From: Marsupella aquatica
Taxonomy: Eukaryota > Plantae > Marchantiophyta
DNA length: 64,000 bases
Reading direction: 5' to 3'
NCBI GenBank assembly: GCA_973895155.1
Contig: OZ316891.1
Span: 21,154,169 to 21,218,168 of the forward strand
Part shown: positions 36,831 to 49,942 of the stretch, one piece after another
Numbering within the stretch: the stretch's first letter is position 1
Layout: each line of letters begins with the position of its first letter
Translations under genes and position numbers: made by a program
The notes under the pieces: generated by a model
The model's database searches: none
Told to the model about the DNA's origin: nothing
The model's input: only the letters and a program-made list of their open reading frames with translations

Positions 36831-39800
36831 AGTGGAACTTTTGTTTGCCTCCCGTTTGGATCTCCCTTGACCAAGTCGAGATGTATCATACTAGCTCTTT
36901 CTACAACGTAGGAAAGCACGCTTCCCGACTGTGTGATGGACCGATCACATGCTCAGACAAAGTTGGGATCACTAGCGTGGAATGTCAAAAGAAGTGCCTG
37001 TACAGAAAATGAGCTACATTACCTTATTGTAATTCATCGGCTTTTCGGTGTGCCGAATTTCTTTGGAGACAAACTGAGCTCTTGTCACTCTCCTGAATTA
37101 ATGTCGGCCTATTTTACGTAACCCGTGAGGTTGATCGTAATTTGACGAGGTTGATTGGCAATGGCATGATGCACTTAACTTGGCTCTTTGAGTATTTGGC
37201 AATCTGTGATGGGCCTTCCTGACTGTTGGACTTGATTTAGCACCTTTCAACTCAATCTTTAGGATTGCTCTGGAACCTTATTGTGATTGAGGTTCACGGG
37301 CATCAGTTTGATGCCAGAGATGCTGGTAGCGACATTTTCTTGTTGTGCTGCAGGATTCTGTTGAATAGCTCTCATGCAGAAGAATGAGAGTTTTGGAACT
37401 GAATATTGGATCAAAGCAACCAGCCGCAGGCTGGTTTGACCATTCTGTAACGGAAGACATATTACTGGTAGAAACTGTCAGTATGATCTCGTCATTGGTA
37501 CCCACAGCATTTGCATCAGAGCACAGTCTGGAAATCGAAACCTACCTGGACACTTGTTATTGAAGGTACATGAGAGAAAGATATTCCGGTGCTTGTACAG
37601 TCGCTTGTGTCTGGACGTAGACAATTTGTTGAGTTCTTTTTCTAAATGGGTTCTACGACGTAGGTAAATTGTCACCCCTGCCTTCACTGGACTTGAGTGG
37701 TCAATTAACTATCTGGGATTCGGATGATACCTGGAAATCTAACATTGCCCTCGCTTGCAAAGCAATGTTCTGTTCTAGACCTCACATTTGTGACACAAGA
37801 ATACGTCTCGTTGTGATCAGTCCTAGTTGAGGCCGAGCTCTAACTTTATGCTGTAATGATTGTCATGCGAAATGATGCTGGATCAGCAATCAAGCTTGAA
37901 TTTCCCAACCTACTCATTTAACAGCATAGATTGGATTTTCTTACGCATCCAAAAATGCAGCTCATCGCATTAGACATGACTAGCTGAGATCCTGCTTGTG
38001 TGGCTTTCAGTGCAGTCAGCTTGTAAACGATCACTTCCAAATGCTGGTTTGTGGGTGACTCATGTATGGTGGTCTCTAAGCAATGTAGTACGAAATTGAG
38101 CGAATCTGCCCCCACCTATGATTTAACGTAGGATTATGTTGGAGTGGACTACCATGGATTTCTCGGAGCATCATCACGAGCCCTGGGCATGTGCAGTCTT
38201 TTGTGTAGAGTGGTGGTCTTATCCTCATTTTCTTTTGTCCTCACTGGCTTATCTAGGTCGTGTGTTGCATCACTGAGGGAGACATTCAGTATTTTGTGTA
38301 GGGCCAGGCCTGTTGGATTCAGAGTCCCTAGATTAATTCCTCCACATCAGCAAAAGTATTCTAATGACGTGAGAGACAATGAGTATGTTGCCACTCCAAT
38401 TGCACACAAGCTGAGTTACTGCTGGCTAACAGGCTTTTATTAATATCACCTCAAGCCCAATGTTTGTGTATTGCACAATTATAGTTGTGGATATGTTGTT
38501 GTGCAATCATATTGTTATTGCATGTGGTTGTTGTGGCCATGTTATTGGGTATTACAACGAAAATTTGTGCGAAAGTGACAATCAATTGTCAATAAATTAT
38601 GTTTGAAAGAATCTTCAGTCAATTCAGGATTCAGGTTCCCCATAGATCTTCAGTCAATTCAGCGTCTCTTCTCATTATCTCCATGGGATTTCAAAGTAAG
38701 AATGCTCAGAAGCATGAATTGGAACTTACTTCGGAGTACACTAACCAAATTATCATCTCCATTTCGGGATCATGCACTTTATCGTCTGTTGGCAAAAAGA
38801 TATCTCATGAATTCCAGTTACGGACTCTTTTGTTGAGATGCTTAACTGTCTGTTAGCAACGAGAAATCTCATGTATGCCGTTGTGTGATACAAACTACCA
38901 ACAGACTCTAGCTCTGTTAAGAACACCCTGTCTCTTTCTTGATCAAGATTTCTGTTTTTATGTTCCAAACCAGATGGACTGCCTTGCTATCGGAAGCACA
39001 AAGGATATAATCTTCCAAAACATGAATTGAAATATGTGTGCATACAGGGTTTCTAGGGACAAATGAAATTGGCAAATTGGGGGGGAACGAAGCTTGAAAC
39101 AAAACCCAGTTTGGAGAGCTTGCAACAAGAGAAAAAATAACTCTTAAAGTTGAAATTCAACTCTCAAACTTATCTCAAAGTCTCATCGTTCGAGTTTCAT
39201 GTAACTAACAAGATTTGTCTCCGGCAGCATTTTTTTAATGAACTGATCGCATTGCTTCCTGCAGCACTTTGAAGGGGAATGTATACACGTGACCTCAAAA
39301 TAGTATGAGCGCAGGTCATCTGTACTGAGTGAGTCCTTCCTCCTTGTTTACAAATTGACAGGACTGAGGGGAAGTTTGAGACTGTGGGTATGAATCAAAA
39401 TGAACCTATGCAGCTCACATTCTCCGGCCAAGACTAATACCTACTGTTGCGGGGAATGTACACGAGCTGTAGCTTGGGGGCACACTGCATCTCTTTGAGC
39501 AGAATGGGAACACATTGCATCCCTTTGAGCAGAATAATATGAAGTAGCCTTGATCAGAGGAATCTGATTACGACAACATCACAAAAGAGAATTCCCGGAG
39601 CCAGCTCACCTTCTACAGCAGAGGTAGGCAAACACAAAAACTAGTGAAATGCAGGTTGTGAAGATTGGGCCAACCAGGACAACTCGTATGTCTGCAGAGC
39701 GGCTTCTTATTGTGCATGTAACTGCTGTTGTGAGAGCTTGCTGCAGCTCCTCTCGCCTAGACGGCTTGCCTGAAATAGTCACCCTAATCAAACATTACAA

Positions 39801-41185
39801 CCTCGGGAATTTGGGACGAGATTGCAGTCTCTACATCGGATAATCGATCCCACAGGGAGCTGACCAAGTCCAAAACTTCAAAATCAAGGATGGCTGCAAC
39901 ACATCTCGCTCTAGAGGACCACCACAAACAAGGAGAGCCAACAGTTGAGGATCGATCTACTGACCAGTTCTCTGCCGAGGTTTCCTAAGGGTCAAATCAG
40001 CAGAGGAGAATTCGATCCAGACCAGCACCCGATCCTCTCTCACTGATGTGAGGGCCCTAATTTGGGGTTCTATTTAGCTTTAATTTTGAGGTACGTGTAG
40101 TTGCTTACCAAAAGGCATTCACTCTTTCGATAGCCAGTGAAGTTTCCAATTAGGATTTTCATAGGGATCATCAGCTCAGAATATCAGTCCGGAAGGGGGT
40201 AGCGATTGCAGCATGGTCTCAATGATTCAAAATAAGAATGATTAAACCACAAATGATGTACATGACAAAGAAGAGGTAAGCTCCTGTGGAATAGAGAGTC
40301 TGACAGTGACCATTTTGCGCAGAGAAAGCATGCCATGGATCCGAGTTCAGAAAATGCATGATATCCTGATCATGCTCCCCGAGCTTTTATGTTCCTTCAA
40401 AAGTAAAACAAAACCATTCTTGCACAAGAGAAACTTGAAGTTGATTGTACAGTTCATGAGCATTAATATTGCTATAATCGGTTGATGAAATGACGTTATC
40501 ATATGACTCCAAGTTGCTTTGCACCGATTATGCAGAAAGGACAAGCGGGAGGATAAGTCATGAGTCCCTTTATACTTGGTCTCAATATTTTTTTGAGAAA
40601 TCCTTAGGAGCTTCTGTTTCTTCTGACTGGGAATTACATGGCGACAGCTTCCATGCACCCTCGTTGGGAGGCCCTCATGTCTTAAAGCCTCCTGCACTTA
40701 ATCTAAACTTGTGTTTCTTTGTTATCTTCACATCCTTCTTCTTGGGCATTAAATCAATGTCCTGTGATGAAAGACAGTTTTTCTCGCCACAGGTTTGGTT
40801 TGGTTTGGTTTGATTTGATTTGATGAAAAACCTCCCGCGGTTAGAATCGTGTTTTTCATCCTTCTCTTGTATCCAAAAGAAGCAATTAATTTGATGACAA
40901 CCTCTGGACTTGGAAGGATATTTCTGATCCCTTCCGTTGTTTGAGAAGAGTATCGTGTGAAGAAAACACGCTTAAATCTTCTCTTGGTATAGTGTTCATG
41001 ATCATGATCCCCTTCTATTGACTATTCAAGGTTCTAAGTGTTTAGAAATATGAATTCATTAGCCTCCCTGTCGAAAGTGAATTCACTAAATCCAAGAAGC
41101 ATGGGCCAGGAATCCAGGATGGTTGAAGCATATTTCCTCATAATTGATAGCTCATCTAGCGACAAATCTGTCATGTACTATATAC

Positions 41186-41462
41186 CAGTGTTTTTTTTAG
41201 TGGCGAAATATTGCTAGATTCCACCTCCCCAAAAATCCTTCGCCACTTTTGGCTAAAATTCGCTGCTTTTTTGCTGTCTCATTAGCCAGTGTTCCACCTA
41301 ATCCCAGGCCCCTTTAGCCAGAATCTAACGGTCCGCCTTAAATCTAGGGAGATCTGACGGTCAAGAACATAATTGCATACATAATCTTTTGAGCATCTTC
41401 TCCTTGACACACTTTACATTCGCCACCTTGGCAAAAAAGTGAAATCCTTAAAAAAAACACTG
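41186..41462. mobile_element. hAT MITE, 277 bp, perfect 8-bp TSD CTATATAC
   Basis: TIRs are CAGTGTTTTTTTTA / TAAAAAAAACACTG. CTATATAC occurs at 41178-41185 and 41463-41470. Confidence 0.95.
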
Positions 41463-41706
41463 CTATATACAAATTAAGCCATACCTTCTCGCAGATATAT
41501 GCCGGACGTTACTTTGGCACCGGTGGGCCAAAATATATAAAAGCCCTGTAGGAATCGACGATTGCTACCTCGTAGCTTCCGACATGGTCTTGACTTCGAC
41601 CCTGAAGATTTGTTCACCAATGAAGTCACCGATTGTGAGCACATAGAGGTAAGGGTTTGCAACCTGACACTGTGCAGTCAGACCATGAGTCACCTAGGGG
41701 ATTTCC

Positions 41707-42190
41707 GCACGTGAAATCTATGTTAATTTAATGCTCCGCCGTTTTTCTGGGGCCCATACACTCCCTGCCTCAGTCCCCGATGTTGCTGCCCGCTCCGCCC
41801 CAATCAACTTTGTTCCATCTACTTTGAGTTTCTGTTCTGGCACCCTTCACTTTTTATGGATTGTGATACTTTGATGGAAGCTTAAGAAATGGTATCACTT
41901 GTAATGTGAAAGGTGAACTTAAGAGTGCTTACAAACTGAGAAACTAACTTGAACCTCAAAGTTTCTGGAGAAGTAAATGGGACCCTTGTCAGGACTTGAG
42001 GGTCTCAAAATATGGGGCCCCTATCATGTGCAAACATTTTGAAGGCCTAAAGTCAACACCCTAAAACTTAAGAAAAAATGGGAAAATTCTTACCTCTACT
42101 AATTTTGGATATTTTTTGAATGTTAGAAAACTTGGTAGAAAAACCTTTATCTTAATACCCTAATGTTCTGTCACAACAAAATTTAAGTCA
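41707..42190 (+). repeat. Left arm of an old inverted repeat enclosing the nested TE cluster
   Basis: 41810-42190 is the reverse complement of about 48965-49408 (e.g. AAGCTTAAGAAATGGTATCA, TAACTTGAACCTCAAA, ATGTTAGAAAACTTGGTAG). 41707-41790 matches about 51090-51177 inverted. Confidence 0.85.
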
Positions 42191-42270
42191 AGTTAATAAG
42201 GTTGCATGTGATCATGTGTTGATTTGGCCTAAGTGAAACCTCCGAAGACAAGGGAACCACAAGTTTGCCA

Positions 42271-42740
42271 AAACATAACCCAAGACTGTCAATCATGATT
42301 CTAAACCAAAGTACTAGGTTCTACCTGAACACTCAGACTTTATTATGAGCAGACATGACTCATTTGGAAGAAGGGTTGCAAGAATGACAACCACAACTCC
42401 AAAGAGAAAATTAAAGCATTTGGAAAAACATGAACCAAAACTCCATCAATCATGACTCTTACCCAGAGTACTAGGCTCTGCCTGAACACTTAGACTTTGT
42501 TACCAAGCAGGCATGACTCTGTTGGAAGGAAGTGTTGCTAGAACGGCAACCCTGACTCCACAGGGAAGATGCATTTGCATGGAAAAACATAAACCAAGGC
42601 TCAGTCAATCATGACTCTTACGCAAAGTACTAGGCTTTGCCGAGGGCTTTGCCTGAACACTTAAACTATGTTACAAAGCTTGACTCCATTGGAAAGAAGT
42701 GTTGCTAGAACATCAACCACAACTCCACAAGGAAGAAGCA
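42271..42740. repeat. 3 x ~155-bp tandem repeat; a fourth unit is split by the CACTA insertion
   Basis: The unit is AAACAT.AACCAA...TCAATCATGACTCTTAC.CAAAGTACTAGG.T.TGCCTGAACAC...TGACTC..TTGGAAG..GTTGC.AGAA..CAACC.C.ACTCCA. The pattern resumes at 48199 (GCATTTGGCAGAATATCAACAAAGACTGTCA). Confidence 0.88.
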
Positions 42741-43389
42741 CACTAGTAGAAAGGGGTTGATGATGACCCAACTACTTAGGGCTCAGGTGACCTCAGCCAT
42801 TTTTCTACAACTCCAAATGGAACATAGTCATTTACAACACTCCCAGAATGAGTAATGTCATAGGAGTACGACTAAGTCAATTAGAATGACTCAAGGTTTC
42901 TTAATTTGGATGACACTTGTGTAGCTGCCAGTGTAGCTGACATAGTTCTAGATACACATAATTATATTAAGGGAAGTAAGGTGGCATGTAGGAGGGGCAA
43001 GGTGGCACCTATGAAGGGTAATGTGCCATTTGTTGGTTCAGTTAGCATTAAGGTGTGGCCAAGTCAACAACTTCAAGGATGTGGGCTTTGGGATAGAAGT
43101 TTTGAGAAGCATAGAATAGAAGAACAGACACATGGAACGAGTATTGTGGAGTGAAAGGGTATTGTGGGGTGGAAGAGTAGTGTGGAGAGAAAAGGGGAAT
43201 TGTGAGTGATTCATTTGGGGATTCATATATTGTTTGGTTGCTCTCTAACGTTTTGTTGAGGATTTCTAGGTGGAGAGCTATGGAGTCTGATATGGAGTCA
43301 GGAGAGGGAGAATAGAAGATAATGGGAGTGTAGAGAAGACCTATAGCTTGTTTTTCTAGTGACATGATGTTGAAAGGTTCTAATGAAGA

Positions 43390-43685
43390 CTCGGGGGTTT
43401 CACTTCCACAAAAATGGCATATCACGTGCGACGAAGGATAGGGTCATTTTATTGGTTCTAAGGGAAGACTTAAGAATTTTTGTAGAAGAACAATAGGGTC
43501 TTTTAAATTCAATTTTGAGACTTATAAGAATATTAGGGTATTTTTAATCCAATTTTTAGAATATTCCAAGAATATTCCAACTTTATAGGGGTTAATAAAT
43601 AAATTTTTTTCTTACATTTTAGGGGGTCCGAGGCCTAAAAACGTCGCAGGCGATGGGGAGGTCCCCATATAGTGAGACCCCCGAG
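43390..43685. mobile_element. CTYGGGGG-family MITE copy 1, 8-bp TSD AATGAAGA
   Basis: AATGAAGA|CTCGGGGGTTTCACT...AGTGAGACCCCCGAG|AATGAAGA. Confidence 0.93.
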
Positions 43686-44502
43686 AATGAAGAGTTTAAT
43701 TTGTGATGAATCACTTTCTTGGTGAGAAATGGAAAGAAGTGAAGTCTATGTGGAGAGATTGAACTTTTGGCGGTATTTTTGATGTGAGAAATTGAGAAGT
43801 GTAGAGATGTTTTCTTTGGCTGAGGCTTAATTAGATAGGGAGCACTGTATTGGCAAGGGCTTCAAAGCTAGACCAGGGAATGTGGATTTAGAGATGACAA
43901 GTTGGAGGGTTGAATCCCAATGAGGAAGATCAAGAGCTTATGAAGGGAGCCCGAAAGGGAGGTATTGTGTTGAAAAGTTGATAGGAAGTGAGACTAGGGC
44001 AAGGGGTATGCAACAAGACGTGGTGGTAATGATTCTAATTAACATTCTAGGAGAAAGTTACAGTCTATATTGGACACTAATAAAAGTACGTGGATGAAAT
44101 AAAGGGTTTGACTTTGAAAAGAAAAGTATGTGGATGAACGAGTTTTTGGGATGGAATTTTGGAAGAAAGAAAGTAGACAGGAAGGTAGCGTGGGGCAAGG
44201 GATACACAATGATGCCTAGAGGTCTCAATTCTAAAATTGGGAAGTGTCTTTTTGAGAATAAATTGTGATTTTATGTAATCTATGTCAAATTTGATTATGA
44301 TTTAGAGCTATCAAGTTATCAAGCTATGGAACATTTTTGTTTTGCTATTTGTATTAATTGGATTACTGAAGTTGGAGCAGGTGATCGTGTGTTATCTTTG
44401 CCATACATGGATTTATTCAATGATCTGATTATTGGTTGCAGAACTCGACTACCCTAACACTTAGCTCCAGCATTGATGATTGTGAGGCCAAGCTTCTCTA
44501 TG

Positions 44503-44777
44503 CTTGGGGGTCTCACTATATGGATGCCTCCCCCATCACTTGCAACTTATTCAGGCCTCGAACCCCCTAAACTGTAAAAATAAATAAATTATGTTTCACC
44601 CCCTATAAAGTTGATTTGGTTAGAAAGACCCTAATGTTCTTATAAGTCTCAAAATTGGATTTAAAAGACCCTATTGTTCTTCTGAGAAAATTGTGAAGTC
44701 TTCCCTTTGAACCCATAAAATGACCCTATCCTTTGTCGCACGTGATGTGCCATTTTTGTGAAAGTGAAACCCCCAAG
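44503..44777. mobile_element. CTYGGGGG-family MITE copy 2, 8-bp TSD YCTCTATG
   Basis: TCTCTATG|CTTGGGGGTCTCACT...AGTGAAACCCCCAAG|CCTCTATG. It is inverted relative to copy 1. Confidence 0.92.
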
Positions 44778-44817
44778 CCTCTATGGTCCAGACCCGGAAC
44801 GGCCATCCGGTGGGGAC

Positions 44818-45292
44818 CCCGGGTATGCAACTCCCCTTTTTATAAGGCAAGTTTTTAATTCCTTATAACGGCCTTATATCCAATTGACCATCTTAGATTT
44901 CATTTTAGTCTACTAAAGTCTTGTACCTCTGAACTCAAGGAATTCAAAAATGTAACTTTAAAAAAAACCAAACATGTTTTGATGTACAAAAAGTTGATCA
45001 AAACCAAATTATATGGGTTTTTTTTAATACAGGGGTCTACAGCCAAACTAGCCAGCTTTTTAGGATTTTTATTAAAATTTTAAAAATCTTTTAATAAAAA
45101 TTACAACATGTATAAGAATATTTTTTAATTTCATATGGAAAATGAAGAAAACCAAACCTTTTATATGACTTGAAAATTTTTAAAAGTGGAAAACCCAGGT
45201 TTTTTCAAATTTTAATTATTTTGTATAGCCAACTTTTTAGTCCACATAAAAATGTAGACCCCTGTCTATTATATAAGAGTTGCGTACCCGGG
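44818..45292. mobile_element. AT-rich MITE, 475 bp, 16-bp TIR, 8-bp TSD GTGGGGAC
   Basis: GTGGGGAC|CCCGGGTATGCAACTC...GAGTTGCGTACCCGGG|GTGGGGAC. Confidence 0.92.
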
Positions 45293-46040
45293 GTGGGGAC
45301 TTATAAGTATGAAAATAATAGTGGGCAAGGAGGCATTGCACAGTTAACAAGCGCAAGGCACTAAGCTGGTGATGCACACTAAGGACTTAGACTAGCTTGG
45401 AGTTGGTTGGGTCATGGGAAGGGCCGTGCTCAGGGTGGATTTTTTGGACCCCTGGACGGACTTTGAGTTCAGAGGACTTGAGTGAGAGCTCCTCTTAGGC
45501 CCAAAGCTAACAAAGTTTATTTCATGCACAACGGATGTACGTTTGGCGCATGAGATACAACGCAGCCCAGGTGTGGTCATCTGGGACCCTATTGATGGCG
45601 GGTTTTGAGGGCCTAGGCCTGAGCACTGGGTTGGCTGATCACAACAGGCTAAGGCACTTCACTAACGGACGTCTAATTAGAAAGTTATGGGCATAGCAAG
45701 TTGGTTGTGTCCATGCATGCGTGTGGGTTGGAGTCCAGGTTGAGGGCCAAATATAGAGGACCAAGTTGGTCTGTAGGTGACAGGTCTCCAAAAGCATATA
45801 TGAGAGGAGTGGTGTCTTCCAGGGGCCAAAGGCAAGCCCAAGTCGTGAGTTGCGGCGACCGCAACATTAAGGAGAAACGCCAAACAAAAACGATAATAAC
45901 TTTAAACGTGAAGTCCGTTGGAGGACTTCTTGGCAAGCTTCTTGGATGCAGTATTGGAATGCTATTGAGGAGGACTATGTCCTCTTGTTCTGGGGTGCCT
46001 TTGGGTCTCGAGGTTGTGAGGGCTATCTCGCTTGCTTGGC

Positions 46041-46165
46041 AAGCCACATTTAGTTTCTTACGTACAACAACCACTGACTGAGCCACGTTTAGTTTATTAC
46101 ATACAACAACCAAGCCACGTTTAGTTTCTTACGTACAACAACCAAGCCACGTTTAGTTTCTTATG
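46041..46165. repeat. ~4 x 31-bp minisatellite
   Basis: AGCCACGTTTAGTTTCTTACGTACAACAACCA is repeated. Confidence 0.9.
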
Positions 46166-46560
46166 GAGCTTGCATTAGGGAGGAAATGCATAGTAGGCCG
46201 GGGAGTAGGCACGGGCAGGGGCACGGGTGTTGAGGTCCAAGATAGTGCATTTGGCACCTAGACTCTCAGTTGGGTGAAACCTTAGAGATGGTTGCTAGAG
46301 TTGGGGCCAAACTATGGTCCTAACGTTTAGGACAAGCTTAGGACTAGCTTTGGGACAAGGTAGCTTATTTGGGCCATGAGCATGTCCTGGGGGCATCAAT
46401 CGCGGTCAGCCAGTGACAAATAAGAAGTGAGGAAGCACGGGCAACACCCAAAGAGGGGCTGTTATGGACCAACAATGGGTGTTGGCTTTGGCTTTGGCTT
46501 ATGGCAAGACCATGCGGGCCCCTCGGTGGGCCCGAGAGGACCTTCTATTCGCTAACCTAC

Positions 46561-46700
46561 CACTAGTAGAAAACGGGGTCAATTATGACCCAACTACTTA
46601 GGACTTGTGCAACCCCAGTCATCTTGTAAGACTCCACATTATTTTCAATGACTTCAACTGGCATGGAGTCATTTGGATCACTCTGTTATGACTATTGCCA
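46561..46700 (+). mobile_element. Second (internal) CACTA left terminus
   Basis: CACTAGTAGAAAACGGGGTCAATTATGACCCAACTACTTAGGAC is homologous to the terminus at 42741 and complementary to about 48160-48198. Confidence 0.85.
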
Positions 46701-47035
46701 TCTGCCCCTCCGTGGGTCCATATCGCAGCTGCGGCCGGCGCAATGTTAGCTGCCCCGCAGTTGCTTCCACTGGACTCACCGTCCCGGGCGGGGTCCCGGG
46801 CAGTTTACTTGTCTCGACTTGAGTTCATGGTGAATCCTAAGGGCACTGTTTGATCAGCCCCTTAAACCTTGAGGTACATACCACATTGTGCACACAATGG
46901 AATGGAGCTCAGTCCTTCCCGAATGTCTCAGTCGTCGAATTATTACGCTTCAAATTTATCCTCTATGTGGAGGACCGTTGTTTTTGGGTTGTTCCAACAA
47001 ATGTGCATGCCGTTGTGGACAAAATTTCTTTGCAG

Positions 47036-47171
47036 ATTAAGGCCGTAGATGATGCCGGCTACGACTGGATTCATGTAGATGTTATGGACGGTCGTGCCCA
47101 AAATTACTATCAGGCCACTTGTGGTGGATGCTATTTGGCTTGTCACTGACTTTCCTCCGGATGTACATCTG
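47036..47171 (+). pseudogene. RPE: Captured exon of (plastid-type) ribulose-phosphate 3-epimerase, frameshifted
   Basis: ttgcag|[20 protein letters not shown], then after a frameshift PKITIRPLVVDAIWLVTDFPPDVHL|gttagt. The plant RPE consensus is KAV..[41 protein letters not shown]. I found no downstream RPE exons. Confidence 0.93.
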
Positions 47172-47778
47172 GTTAGTATAATTCGCTCTCTCTACATTTA
47201 CTCATGAGAACTTGAAAGAGCTCCCACTTTTGGATTCAAAACTCTTCCCCGCTACTTGTAGCAATTCTTGAAGACTTCACCATGAAGGGCTTATTCTCAT
47301 TTCCAAGCTTCTTTCTGACTCCTCTTCGTTGTTTGATTTCACATGCACAATTTTTGATCTGGTTTCATTGGATTACTTTCTCGCCGATCACTTCTTTATT
47401 GTTAGCCATCCTGTTTGAGATGACTTTGCTCATGACTTGGGTCACTTGTGAGTCCACATTTGTTTTTGGAGTGGATACCTATCATTGCATGTGAGTATTT
47501 GTTAACTATTACTCATATCATTCATGTAGTCATTAATTAGTTGTGACCCCAATTGTGACCAATATCATTAAATTGTGTATATATGAATGACTCTAGCAAT
47601 TAATTATAACCATTGAACTGTAATCACTAGTCTTTACGTGCAACTAAGAGGTTTTTTACTTGTGACTCTTGGAGTCAATCTCGTCTACTTAAGTAAGACT
47701 AATTGAGTAATTTGTTATGATTGAGGGGACCCTAGTTGGAAGTGCACATTGTCATTTTAAATATATGATTGCCACAAG

Positions 47779-48051
47779 CTTGGGGTCCCACTAGTATATG
47801 GAGACCTCCCCACCACCTATGACATTTTTAGGCCTCAGACCCCTAAAATGTAAGAATTTATTCTAATCTTTTAACCCCTATAAAGTTATTTGATTACAAA
47901 GACCCAAATGTTTTTATAAGTCTCAAAATTGAATTTAAAAGACTCTATTGTTCTTCTGCAAAAATTCTTAAGTCTTCCCTTAAAACCAATAAAATGACCC
48001 TATCCTTCGTCGCACGTGATGTGGCATTTTCATGGAAGTGAAACCCCCAAG
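47779..48051. mobile_element. CTYGGGGG-family MITE copy 3, 8-bp TSD GCCACAAG
   Basis: GCCACAAG|CTTGGGGTCCCACT...AGTGAAACCCCCAAG|GCCACAAG. Confidence 0.93.
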
Positions 48052-49408
48052 GCCACAAGAGTCATTTGAATAACTCATCAAGTGGCAAGACAAATGACTT
48101 GAGTTTTAGACTTGACTCAAGTTCATGAAAGGAAGTCAATCATAATTGAGTCATACCCTAGTCCTAAGTGTGGTCATTTTTGGGGGTCTTTTCTACTGGC
48201 ATTTGGCAGAATATCAACAAAGACTGTCATGCAACCAAAGCTTTGACATTGACAAAAGCCAATATGCATAAGGGTGCAAAGTAGAGACGAGGGCAGAGGC
48301 TTGCTTATTGACCAGGGTAATTAAGTACCTCGTGTTGAGCAAAGATGACATTCACAATGACAAACCCATAACCATCCAACAAACAAGCCTGCAAACAAGT
48401 AATCAAGACAGAGATACGTTGTTCACCTCAACTGAGGCTACATTCACAGGAACACACAAGAGTTTTATATACTGCACTCTAGGCCTGTCAGCCATACCAA
48501 TTGTCTATGCAATACAAGTTCTCCATACTCTCAACTTGCTCTCTAATTAACAATGACCCTGGGTTCCTACCATCAAAGCAAATAGTCAATGCTTGAGAAT
48601 ATAGTGTGCAACATGACCAACCTAACCAACCCAACGACTAAGGTTAGCCTATATAACCATGGTACATTACAATCACAATTGTAGACCCATTCTAGATCTA
48701 AGGGTGAATGTTACCTAACACTTTGCAATAAATACCAACCAAAGCCAACAAAGAAAGATGTGGCTAAGCACTGCCTAATTTCCAAATGGATGGACTACTT
48801 ATTGGTTTAGAGTCATGATTGACAGGGTCTTGGTTTATTTTGTAACAAACTCATGGTTCCCTTGTCTCCGAAGGCCTCACTTAGGTCATGCAAAACAACA
48901 GATTAATTATGTGCAACCAAGCATGATCGAGGTCATTTTATTTATTCAGATAAGGACTAGGAAAGACTTCATATATTTGTTTTGTGAAAGAACTTCAGCC
49001 TGGGTCTTAAGGTAAGGTTTTTCCTACCAAGTTTTCTAACATTCCAGAAATATCCAAAATTAATAGAGACAATGGATTTTTCCTCGGTTTTTTCCATTTT
49101 TCCTTAAAGTTTAGGCTTGTTTTAGAGTGTTGACTTAGAGCCTTCAAAAAGTTTGCACATGATGGGGGCCCCATATATACAGTGAGACCCTTATGTCCCA
49201 ACAAAGGTTGCAATTATTTCTCCAGCAATGAAATATATTTTGAGGTTCAAGTTTGTTTATCAATTTGTATTAAATACTCTTAAATTCACCTTTCACATAT
49301 ATTGCTATATAGGGTAATGATATCATTTCTTAAGCTTCTGTCAAGGTATTGTGGTTAACAAAAAGTTAAGGGTGCCACCACATAAACTCAAAGTTGATGG
49401 AATAAATT

Positions 49409-49653
49409 CTTAGGGGGGTCACTATATGAAGGGTCATACATCACGTGCGACGGTTTGGGTCATTTATGACCCCCCTAAGTCACTTTCTAGAAAGTTGTAC
49501 GGCACCAATCATATGATGACACGTATGCATTTTGCAATTAAACAACCCTATATTTCCATAGAAGACTTAATAAGTCTTCCGCCAAAACCATTTAAATGGC
49601 CCTATACTTCGTCGCACATGATATGCCACTTCCATGGAAGTGACCCCCCCGAG
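49409..49653. mobile_element. CTYGGGGG-family MITE copy 4, 8-bp TSD AATAAATT
   Basis: AATAAATT|CTTAGGGGGGTCACT...AGTGACCCCCCCGAG|AATAAATT. Confidence 0.92.
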
Positions 49654-49942
49654 AATAAATTAAGTAGATTCTGATCTGTGATATCATTTCTTAAGCTTCC
49701 GTCAAGGTATTGTGGTCAACAAAAAGTGAAGGGTGCCAAAACACAAACTCAAAGTTGATGGAATAAAGTAGATCTGTGATATCATTTCTTAAGCTTCCAT
49801 CAAAGTATTGTCAGTGGTCGACAAAAAGTGATCCGTCAAGGTATTGTGGGCAACAAAAAAACAAAAAGTGATCAGTCAAGGTATTGTGGTCAACAAAAAG
49901 TGAAGGTGGGAGTGAAGGTTGCCAACATGTTAAGGGCATTAG

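Larger units (their letters stand above)
42741..48198. mobile_element. Non-autonomous CACTA (En/Spm) element, ~5.5 kb, 3-bp TSD GCA, with captured gene fragment
   Basis: Left end GCA|CACTAGTAGAAAGGGG..ATGACCCAACTACTTAGG; right end CCTAAGTGTGGTCATTTT..TTTTCTACTG|GCA (3 nt short of a perfect TIR). Many subterminal TGACTC/GAGTCA motifs. Removing the element restores the interrupted 155-bp repeat unit. No transposase ORF is present. Confidence 0.8.

Noticed and set aside
46850-47149. Functional RPE gene
   Set aside because: Only one clear exon is present, with a frameshift in the DGRFVPN motif and substitutions at conserved residues.
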